This document shows, piece after piece, positions 29,477 through 37,353 of a stretch of DNA of 64,000 nt (positions within the stretch are counted from its first letter, which is position 1; each line of letters starts with the position of its first letter). Under the pieces are notes generated by a model. The model was not told the origin of the DNA. It made no database searches and saw only the letters and a list, made by a program, of their open reading frames with translations. The translations under genes were made by a program, and so were the position numbers. The stretch is from Verrucomicrobiales bacterium (GTDB taxonomy: Bacteria > Verrucomicrobiota > Verrucomicrobiia > Verrucomicrobiales > V1-33), in contig JANOAV010000187.1 in the NCBI GenBank assembly GCA_031411295.1, positions 1-64,000 of the forward strand, read 5' to 3'.

Positions 29477-30856
29477 ATGCAATATCCCATCTCATCCCTG
29501 AGCCGACGCGCCTTCCTGCGTGGAGCCGGTGCCCTGATCAGCCTCCCATGGCTTGAGTCCTACGCGGCTGGTCCGGTCGCGCCCATTCGCCTGGGCGTGC
29601 TTTACATGGCCAATGGCGTGAATCCCAAAGAGTGGACGCCCGAGGGGGATGAACATAAGTTCAAGCTCGGCAGCACCATGAGCCCGCTGGAATCCCTGCG
29701 CGACCAACTGCTCATCCTGGGGAATCTGCGGAATTTGAAATCCAAGGATGGTGACGGCCACTACGTCAAAACCTCCGGGTTCTTGACCAGTGAGGAAATC
29801 GTCAAGACCACCGGGGCGGATTTGAACAGTCGGGGGATTTCCATGGACCAGATGGCGGCGGCCAAGATCGGTGGCACCCAAAAACTAGCCTCCATGGAGT
29901 TGGGCACCGAACCGATCACCACTGGCATCGATACCAATGTAAACTACACGCGGCTCTATGGGTCCCACATTGCCTGGAAGACCCCTACGTCCCCGATCCC
30001 CTGTGAAATCAACCCCAGAGCCGCCTTCAACCGCATGTTCCGCAGCCGCAGTGCCGCCGAACAAAAGAACGCCTCCCAAGACAAAAGCGTGCTGGACTTG
30101 GTCCTGGGCGAGGCCAAATCCCTCCGCGGGAAAGTCGCTGCGGCGGATCAACGCAAGCTGGATGAGTATCTCGAAGGCATTCGCAACCTGGAACAACGGA
30201 TCGATAAGGATGCCGCGAGCCTGCGCGCTGGCGAAAACATTGATCCCAAAATTTTCGATTACATCAAAGGCGTCGAAGGCCGCATCGACAAAGCCATGGG
30301 TCCCGCCCAGGTCAATGATCTTGGCTCCATGCCGCGGATGGATCCCACCGAGCATGTCCGCATCATGCTGGACCTCATGGTGCTGGGCTTCTGGAGCAAC
30401 ACCACGCGCGTCACCACCTTCATGTTTGCCAACGCCGTGAGCGGACGGAACTTCAGTTTCCTGGAAGGCGTGAAAGGTGGACACCACGAAATTTCCCACC
30501 ATAAAAATGATGCCGAGCAACTGCGGCAATACGCTCGTATCAACCAATGGCACATCGAGCAATACGCCTACCTGCTCAACAAAATGAACGGCATCAAAGA
30601 AGGCAACGGCACCCTGCTGGACAACAGCATGATGCTCTTCGGAGCAGGAATGCGCGATGGCAATGCCCACGATCCTAATAATCTACCATTGATCCTCGCA
30701 GGCAAAGCTGGTGGCACCATCAAGACCGGTCGTTACTTGCACCAAAAGGAACCAACTCCATTGGCCAATCTCTACGTCGGCATGTTGGATCGCATGGGCG
30801 TCGAGACGAAGAAATTTGCCGATGCCGAGGGTGAACTCAAAGGCCTGAAAGGCTAG
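29477..30856 (+). CDS. DUF1552 family protein (Tat signal)
   Basis: SRRAFLRGAG..ISLPWLES, ANGV, SMDQ, NPRAAF, SVLD, GHHEISHH, GTLLDN, HDPNNLP. Confidence 0.88.
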   Translation: MQYPISSLSRRAFLRGAGALISLPWLESYAAGPVAPIRLGVLYMANGVNPKEWTPEGDEHKFKLGSTMSPLESLRDQLLILGNLRNLKSKDGDGHYVKTSGFLTSEEIVKTTGADLNSRGISMDQMAAAKIGGTQKLASMELGTEPITTGIDTNVNYTRLYGSHIAWKTPTSPIPCEINPRAAFNRMFRSRSAAEQKNASQDKSVLDLVLGEAKSLRGKVAAADQRKLDEYLEGIRNLEQRIDKDAASLRAGENIDPKIFDYIKGVEGRIDKAMGPAQVNDLGSMPRMDPTEHVRIMLDLMVLGFWSNTTRVTTFMFANAVSGRNFSFLEGVKGGHHEISHHKNDAEQLRQYARINQWHIEQYAYLLNKMNGIKEGNGTLLDNSMMLFGAGMRDGNAHDPNNLPLILAGKAGGTIKTGRYLHQKEPTPLANLYVGMLDRMGVETKKFADAEGELKGLKG

Positions 30857-30910
30857 ACCTCCAGCAGGCCCTGATCGCTTAAATTTTGTCCCCCAAACTT
30901 ACCTACCCAT

Positions 30911-31567
30911 ATGCGCCACCTTCTAGCCGCTCTCTTCCTCACTTGCACCCTGCATGCTCAGGAAGCCAAACCCTTGCCTTGGGACGCAGAAGTCAGGAAA
31001 TACGAAGCCATCGAAAAGGCCCATCCCGGCCCCAAGCAAGCGGTGGTCTTCAACGGGAGCAGCAGCATCCGTCTCTGGAATCTGGAGGAATCCTTCCCCG
31101 GCTGGAAATGTATCAATCACGGCATCGGCGGCTCGATCATTCCGGAAAATACCGCCCTCGTGGACCGACTCATTTTTCCCTGGGAACCCAAAATCATCGT
31201 CTTCTATGCAGGCGATAACGATATCGGCAAAGGCCGCTCGCCCCAGCAGGTGGCCGACGACTGGAGCGCCTACGTCAAGACCGTGCGCGCCAAGCTGCCG
31301 GAAGTGAAGTTCGTTTACATCAGTATCAAACCCAGCATCGCCCGCTGGAAACTCTGGCCCACCATTCAGGAAGCCAACGCCAAAATCAAAACCATCTGCG
31401 AAGCGGACAAAAACTCTAAATTCATCGACGTCTCGTCCGTCATGCTTGGGCCCGATGACAAGCCGATCAAGGAACTCCTGCGCGACGATGGTTTACACAT
31501 GGTTCCTGCTGGCTACGCCCGCTGGGTGAAGCTCATTGCGCCGGAAATCGAGGCGGTCGCCAAATAA
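30911..31567 (+). CDS. Secreted SGNH/GDSL hydrolase
   Basis: GSSSIRLW, NHGIGG, YAGDND, DGLH. Confidence 0.88.
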   Translation: MRHLLAALFLTCTLHAQEAKPLPWDAEVRKYEAIEKAHPGPKQAVVFNGSSSIRLWNLEESFPGWKCINHGIGGSIIPENTALVDRLIFPWEPKIIVFYAGDNDIGKGRSPQQVADDWSAYVKTVRAKLPEVKFVYISIKPSIARWKLWPTIQEANAKIKTICEADKNSKFIDVSSVMLGPDDKPIKELLRDDGLHMVPAGYARWVKLIAPEIEAVAK

Positions 31568-31579
31568 CCACTGCGTTGC

Positions 31580-31957
31580 TCAAGGATCCTGCTCCTGCTG
31601 GCCTTTGGGGGCCACGTCCTCCTCCGCCAGGTGGAAGCGATGCAGCATGCGGTGCGCCAGGGGCGCGATCAGCAGCGCCACCACCGAAATAAAGACCAAG
31701 CCGCTGAAGAGCGCGTAGCATGAGGCGAAAATCTTCGCCCCATCATTCGGAAGTTCCCCCACGGGTCCCATGCCACCCAAGATCATGCAGGCATTTAACA
31801 AGGAGTCCACCCAGCTGAAGCCCGCCAGCCAGCGGTAGCCCAGCACGCCAATTCCCACGCCCACTGCAACCGTGGCGCAGGCGATGGCGAAGCACACGAA
31901 CATCCTGCTGCGAAAGGCAGCGGCGGAGATAACGGGCTTATGACGGGGTTCGAACAT
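31580..31957 (-). CDS. Small two-TM membrane protein with an ion-channel pore-like segment
   Basis: TM - WVDSLLNACMILGGMGP - TM arrangement. Confidence 0.7.
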   Translation of the reverse strand: MFEPRHKPVISAAAFRSRMFVCFAIACATVAVGVGIGVLGYRWLAGFSWVDSLLNACMILGGMGPVGELPNDGAKIFASCYALFSGLVFISVVALLIAPLAHRMLHRFHLAEEDVAPKGQQEQDP

Positions 31958-31976
31958 GGCTGCTAGAGCGCACGGG

Positions 31977-33296
31977 CTACTTAGCCAGCTTCACCTCGAA
32001 ATGGTGTGATTTCGGCTGGCGGGCGAGGTTGATTTGCTCCTCCATTTTCGTGATCTCTTGATCCAGTCGTGCCACTTCCGCGGTCTGCTTGGCCTCGATG
32101 TCGGCTCCCTGCGCCCAGCCGGGCAGGGTGTAGAGTTGCACCTCACGCCAGCGATGGAAGAAGGCGTTGTTTTTGTCGAAGACCAGTTTCAAGACCGCTT
32201 GCGCTTGTTTCGTAATCGGACCAGATGCCGTGGCTAGATTCCAGCCTTGCGCCAGTTCCTCGGCGGTGGCGTTCCCGGCTGGTTCACCATCAATAGTGAC
32301 CGCGTAGTTCCCTGGAGCCAGACCGGTGAGCTTCAACTCCAGTTTGTTCAAGTCATCCGTGATCGGAGCCAACTTCAGGGCCGGCAGCGCCCGCTCATCA
32401 ATCGGCATCGGCAGGGCTTGATCCAGCCGATCAAAACTCACGTTGCCCGCTTCCGACTTCAGGTTTTCAATCTTGCAACCCGCCACCGCAGTCACCTTGG
32501 CGGAGGTCGCGTTGATCTCCGCGCTGGAGACCGCTGCCCCAGCTCCCAGGCCCTTCAACACCGCCCACGCCATCACCGTCTGGCCACTCGGCCCCGGATG
32601 CACCGCGTCCCCACCGCCCACCAAGCCTGGCGGATTGCTCGCGCGCTCGCGACGGAGGATCGTGAGGTAGGGGTCGAATTGATCGACAAACACCGCCCCA
32701 GTATTGGCAGCCACTTCCTTCAAGCCGTCAGAGAATTTGCGAAGCGATTCATTCTTCACGTCCTTCTCCGGGTCCGGGCGCTTTTCTTCAATGGGCTGAG
32801 GAGTTAGGAAAGCCACGCGCGCCCCGTTGGCGCCCAGCACTTTGGAAATTTCCGTCTGGCTGGCGGCATAGGCGCGGAAGATATCCGGACGGAATGGTTG
32901 ATAGGAATGGTCATTCATGCCGAACTTCACGGTCACAAAGGTTGGTTTCAGCGGCAGCACATCGCGCCCCAGTCCGCGCCCCACTGAGTCCTGCACCTTC
33001 TGCTTCAGCGCCTCCCCCTCAGCAGCAAAGAGTTGACCTTCATCCGGATGCGCCCGTTGCCGCAGCCAAGCCGTATCCCCGCCCCAGCCCAGATTGCGGA
33101 ACGTCAGTTTCCAGGCGGGGTAACGCGTCAGCGCGTAAGCCTCAATGTAAGTCGTATAGAGCCGCTGCTCGGTGATACTGTCCCCCAGAAAAACCACGCG
33201 ATCTCCATCATGCATCGCGAACTCTCCTGCAGAGACATTCATTCCAAGCAAGGTGATCGCCAAAGGGCACAGTAGTTTCCAGTTTGATGGTTTCAT
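31977..33296 (-). CDS. Secreted SGNH/GDSL hydrolase
   Basis: FLGDSIT, NLGWGGD, FGMND, DAVHP; signal peptide from MKPSNWK. Confidence 0.88.
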   Translation of the reverse strand: MKPSNWKLLCPLAITLLGMNVSAGEFAMHDGDRVVFLGDSITEQRLYTTYIEAYALTRYPAWKLTFRNLGWGGDTAWLRQRAHPDEGQLFAAEGEALKQKVQDSVGRGLGRDVLPLKPTFVTVKFGMNDHSYQPFRPDIFRAYAASQTEISKVLGANGARVAFLTPQPIEEKRPDPEKDVKNESLRKFSDGLKEVAANTGAVFVDQFDPYLTILRRERASNPPGLVGGGDAVHPGPSGQTVMAWAVLKGLGAGAAVSSAEINATSAKVTAVAGCKIENLKSEAGNVSFDRLDQALPMPIDERALPALKLAPITDDLNKLELKLTGLAPGNYAVTIDGEPAGNATAEELAQGWNLATASGPITKQAQAVLKLVFDKNNAFFHRWREVQLYTLPGWAQGADIEAKQTAEVARLDQEITKMEEQINLARQPKSHHFEVKLAK

Positions 33297-33506
33297 AAGT
33301 GCGGTGAGTTTGTTGGAAAGGAGCAACCAGCGCAAGCATGGTGAATAGCAAAACGCGGGATGGAGGCAGGACAGAACAGTTAAGAACTTGTAGCACCGAA
33401 CCAACGAGGAACCGTTCGAACCCATGCCGGGGAAGCTGTCCGCTACGACCAGGCGGTCAGTGCCAGCTTCAGCTCAGCAGGGCGGGAAGCATAGAGCGGT
33501 TCCAGT

Positions 33507-33653
33507 ATGCTAACCATGCCCCAAGTCCTCCGAGCCTTCTTGGTGATCCAACCGCCCGCCGCCGCCAAAGACCTAGACCTAACCTGCGAGCTGCTAGACG
33601 CCAACGGCAAGCCCGTCTCCGAGCGCGGGCGCTATCTCTGGCAGGAACCGTAA
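33507..33653 (+). pseudogene. Possible C-terminal remnant of an OpgG/OpgD (MdoG) glucan biosynthesis gene
   Basis: Reads ...VLRAFLVIQPPAAAKDLDLTCELLDANGKPVSERGRYLWQEP*, resembling the MdoG-family terminal G.P.SE.W.Y.W motif; no upstream body of the gene. Confidence 0.35.
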
Positions 33654-33786
33654 CCGTTTTCCAGGCTCTGCCTTGTGGTGCACTTGATAATTTGCGGAAA
33701 TAATGAATAATTTGCTCGCTAGAATTCCCGCCACCTGCTAATTAGCGATCTTAAGTTTAATTTACCAATTCATCCTTTTGTCGATC

Positions 33787-34530
33787 ATGAAAAATCTGGC
33801 TTTGTTTTTCGCCTTTTCCGCGCTCCTCATCACCTCCGGCTCAGCCGTCACGGTATTCGATGATTTTAATGACGGCAATGACACCGGCTGGACTCGTAGT
33901 TCTCCGTTGGCGGGTTTTGGAGGGGGCGGGGTCTTTACTTTCCCCAGTGGCGGCTATTCCATTGCTGCACCAGCCTCCCCCAACCCCTTGGCATTAGGGC
34001 CAGGCCGGGCCGCGAGCCTAAGAAACGATGTCAGCCAGACGCAGTTTGAAGTCTATGCGGACTTGGTGGATTGGGACACCACCAAGCCTGCCATGGTCAT
34101 GGGAGTGCTGGCCCGGGTCAGCAGCTTTGGCTTGGGCACCACCAATGGCTACGGTCTGGTCTATACGAATGGAACCCTCCTGATGACACGGATCACAGCA
34201 GAGGCCGGAACCACCATCGCCACCACCCCCGTAGCCATCTCCATCGCGAATGACTATCGCATCCGCTTTACGGGCGATGGTGCCAGCTTGGCGGGTGAAC
34301 TTTATGATTTAGCCGCTCCCAGCGTGCCCATTGCCAGTGTCTCATTTACCGATGCGGCCTACGCCACTGGGGTTCCCGGGGTTTTCGTTTACGACGGTTC
34401 GGGCGCTGGCAATACGACCGCCACCGCTACCTTTGACAATTTCTCCGCCAGCGTCCCCGAGCCCTCCGGCGTGCTTGCATGTCTCCTAGGGGCAACACTG
34501 TGCTTTAAATCCCGTCGGCGGTCTTCCTAA
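33787..34530 (+). CDS. PEP-CTERM sorting-domain surface protein
   Basis: Signal peptide, DDFNDG, C-terminal VPEPS + hydrophobic helix + KSRRR. Confidence 0.9.
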   Translation: MKNLALFFAFSALLITSGSAVTVFDDFNDGNDTGWTRSSPLAGFGGGGVFTFPSGGYSIAAPASPNPLALGPGRAASLRNDVSQTQFEVYADLVDWDTTKPAMVMGVLARVSSFGLGTTNGYGLVYTNGTLLMTRITAEAGTTIATTPVAISIANDYRIRFTGDGASLAGELYDLAAPSVPIASVSFTDAAYATGVPGVFVYDGSGAGNTTATATFDNFSASVPEPSGVLACLLGATLCFKSRRRSS

Positions 34531-34572
34531 AAAGGCTCCCCAATCATATAGACCCAGCCGGTGATTGACGGA

Positions 34573-34689
34573 CTGGCGGCTTGGTTGGGGCCGGTGAGCG
34601 AGGCGCTGGAGCGGCCGACCAGCAAGGGATTGCAGGTCCTGTGGCTCACGCCGCTAAGGGCGTTGGCGGTGGATAGTATGGAATCGCTG
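34573..34689 (+). repeat. 117-bp orphan copy of an internal segment of the Lhr-like helicase gene (second copy 37516-37632)
   Basis: Manual alignment gives 5 mismatches in 117 bp; encodes LAAWLGPVSEALERP.SKGLQVLWLTPLRALAVDSMESL. Confidence 0.92.
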
Positions 34690-35098
34690 ACCGCTGCCCC
34701 TCCAATCAACTACTTTCCGACCATTCTACCTACTCAAGTTCACCTCATTACTTCCATCCCGCCGCCGTTGCGGAGAATGGCTGCGGGGTCCTCTAAAAGT
34801 GACAAACCGAACGGCTGGAGGTTCATGGCATGAAGCAGGGGAATGCAACACGCGGAACGAAAATGAACGGGTCAGGAATTTTGTGCGTTCTAGCCAGTTT
34901 GGCTGCGGGCGTCAACCTTTTTGGAAGACTTATTTGATTTGCCTTCGGTGCAGCGCGCAAGCCAGTGAAGTCCACAAGAGCTAGGCCTAGTATGCGAAAC
35001 GAAGATTTTGCGGTTGTCTTTACTTGAGTCTGCACGAACTGCTATCGTGCTTTCGGCATGTCCACGTTCAATGAATTTCCCCGGTTTCGCCCAAAAAA

Positions 35099-36430
35099 AT
35101 GACCAAAATCAAACTTGTAGCACCCACAGGCAGAGCCAGCGTTTCTGATTCCAACAAGCTAGCCCCGGTTGATCGTTCCGCGCACGACTGGTATCGCTTC
35201 GTGCTATCCTATCCGCCGCATTTGGTGGGTGATTACTTAACGCGGTTTGAGATGACCTCAGACTCGATGGTGTTGGATCCCTTTTGTGGGACGGGCACTA
35301 CCTTGGTGGAATGCAAAAAGCGGGGGATTCCAAGTGTTGGGATTGAGGCGCACCCAATGGCTCACTTTGCCAGTAAAACTAAGACTGCGTGGTCGGTTTC
35401 AGGCAAACGGCTGCTTGAAACTGCGCAGCGGATTGCGACTGAGGCAGATGAGTCCTTGGCAATTGAAGGAATCTATGATGATCCAGAACCATGGCTTTTG
35501 AGGGAGTCACCTCCTCCGGCAAGATTGCGCACGCTGCCAGATCCAGAACAAAAAATTCTCCTAGCAAATTCAATCAGTCCGCTTCCTTTGCATAAAGTCC
35601 TGGTGTTGCGGGAAGCCATTGAGAAGCATGCCACACCGAGTGTTAAGGGACCAATGATGCTGGCCTTGGCAAGGGCCCTGGTAAGCTCTATCAGTAACCT
35701 GCATTTTGGACCGGAAGTGGGAATTGGTAAAATTAAGGAGGACGCGCCAGTGATCTCGGCTTGGCTGCGCAGGATCGAGATGATGGCGGAAGATCTGGAC
35801 ACTTTGCGCCCCATGGACTCCACGTTTAGCCAAGTTCACCACGCCGACGCCCGGAGCATGATCCCGAAGTTGGCTGAAAAATCAATTGATGCCGTCATCA
35901 CTTCCCCTCCCTACCCTAACGAGAAGGATTATACCCGCACCACACGGCTTGAATCTGTAATCCTACGATTTTTGAATTCAAAGGAAGAACTGCAGGCTCT
36001 CAAACGGGGCAATCTCCTGAGATCGAATACGCGTAACGTTTACAAGGGGGATAACGATCACGCTTGGGTAGAGAACCACCCGGAGGTGCAGCGCATTGCC
36101 ACTGCCATTGAAGCCCGGCGTATTGAACTGGGAAAAACGAGTGGATTTGAACGCCTCTATGCCAAAGTCACCACACTCTATTTTGGCGGCATGGCGCGCC
36201 ATTTCAGCGAACTTAGGAAGTATCTAAAGCCTGGGGCGAGACTCGCCTACGTGGTTGGCGATCAAGCGTCCTATCTCCGAGTCATGATACGCACTGGCCA
36301 AATTCTCGCTGACTTGGCACAATCGCTTGGATATGAGGTCGAAGGCATCGACCTATTCCGCACCAGGCTAGCCACGGCCACGGGCGAACAACTCCGGGAG
36401 GAGGCAGTGGTGCTGCGCTGGCCGGGATAG
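35099..36430 (+). CDS. DNA methyltransferase, probably N4-cytosine
   Basis: HDWYRF, DPFCGTGTT (motif I) preceding TSPPY (motif IV), VVGD. Confidence 0.88.
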   Translation: MTKIKLVAPTGRASVSDSNKLAPVDRSAHDWYRFVLSYPPHLVGDYLTRFEMTSDSMVLDPFCGTGTTLVECKKRGIPSVGIEAHPMAHFASKTKTAWSVSGKRLLETAQRIATEADESLAIEGIYDDPEPWLLRESPPPARLRTLPDPEQKILLANSISPLPLHKVLVLREAIEKHATPSVKGPMMLALARALVSSISNLHFGPEVGIGKIKEDAPVISAWLRRIEMMAEDLDTLRPMDSTFSQVHHADARSMIPKLAEKSIDAVITSPPYPNEKDYTRTTRLESVILRFLNSKEELQALKRGNLLRSNTRNVYKGDNDHAWVENHPEVQRIATAIEARRIELGKTSGFERLYAKVTTLYFGGMARHFSELRKYLKPGARLAYVVGDQASYLRVMIRTGQILADLAQSLGYEVEGIDLFRTRLATATGEQLREEAVVLRWPG

Positions 36431-36446
36431 AAGGAACTTTTCTAAC

Positions 36447-37238
36447 ATGACACCGAACCGTTACACGCAAATTTTGGAGAAAATCTTTTTCGCCCATTTT
36501 CACAAGGGCGATCTGGAAGTGTCCTTCGCACGAGAGGAAATCGAGACTGCGGCGGCTGAGTTAGGAATTAAACTTCCCAAGAATATTGGCGATCTAATCT
36601 ACAGTTTTCGCTTCCGAGCAGAATTGCCAAAATCAATTCAAGACGTCGCGCCTGCCGAGAAATCTTGGGTGATCAAGCTCGCGGGCAAGGCGCTCTATAA
36701 GTTTGTAGCTGAAAGGCAATGGAGCATTGAGCCCAATCAGGGACTGCTCCGCATCAAAGTGCCGGACTCGACTCCCGGCATCATTTCGCGCTATGCGCTG
36801 GATGATGAGCAAGCTTTGTTGGCGCTTCTAAGATACAATCGACTGGTGGATATTTTTACAGGCGTGGCTTCCTATTCGATGCAGAACCACTTGCGCACAA
36901 CCGTTGAAGGAATTGGCCAAGTTGAGGTAGACGAACTTTACGTCGGCATCGACCGCCGCGGTGCGCACTATGTTTTCCCGGTTCAAGCAAAGGGCGGGCG
37001 AGACCGCATGAGCACGGTTCAAATTGAGCAGGACATCGCGCTTTGCGCTGAGAAATTCCCTGGACTCATCTGTCGTCCGTTGGGCACCCAGTTCCTGCCT
37101 GATGGAGGCATCGCAATCATGGAATTCACCGACACCGACGATGGCTTGAGGCTTGTTGGTGAGAAACACTATCAATTGGTGCCGAAACACGGCCTGACTG
37201 ATGGCGATGTGGAACTTTATCGATCCTTATCTGACTGA
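36447..37238 (+). CDS. Putative type II restriction endonuclease (PD-(D/E)XK-like)
   Basis: 16 nt after the MTase; DEQALL..RYNRL, QVEVDELYVG...PVQAK catalytic-like motif. Confidence 0.72.
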   Translation: MTPNRYTQILEKIFFAHFHKGDLEVSFAREEIETAAAELGIKLPKNIGDLIYSFRFRAELPKSIQDVAPAEKSWVIKLAGKALYKFVAERQWSIEPNQGLLRIKVPDSTPGIISRYALDDEQALLALLRYNRLVDIFTGVASYSMQNHLRTTVEGIGQVEVDELYVGIDRRGAHYVFPVQAKGGRDRMSTVQIEQDIALCAEKFPGLICRPLGTQFLPDGGIAIMEFTDTDDGLRLVGEKHYQLVPKHGLTDGDVELYRSLSD

Positions 37239-37353
37239 CGCTGAACCAAGCCGATAGAATGATTGCCTCTAAAAGTGTCGTGCAAAGCAAACCGAAACGT
37301 CTGCTTCACGGTCTGGCGATTGACTCACGCGACTGTGCCGCGAGGTTGCGCCA

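Noticed and set aside
34573..34689. Possible DGR template/variable repeat pair with 37516-37632
   Set aside because: Two of five mismatches are not at adenines, there is no reverse transcriptase gene, and the target is a conserved helicase motif.
34561..34833. 90-aa ORF as a real gene
   Set aside because: It is the helicase fragment read through into unrelated sequence.
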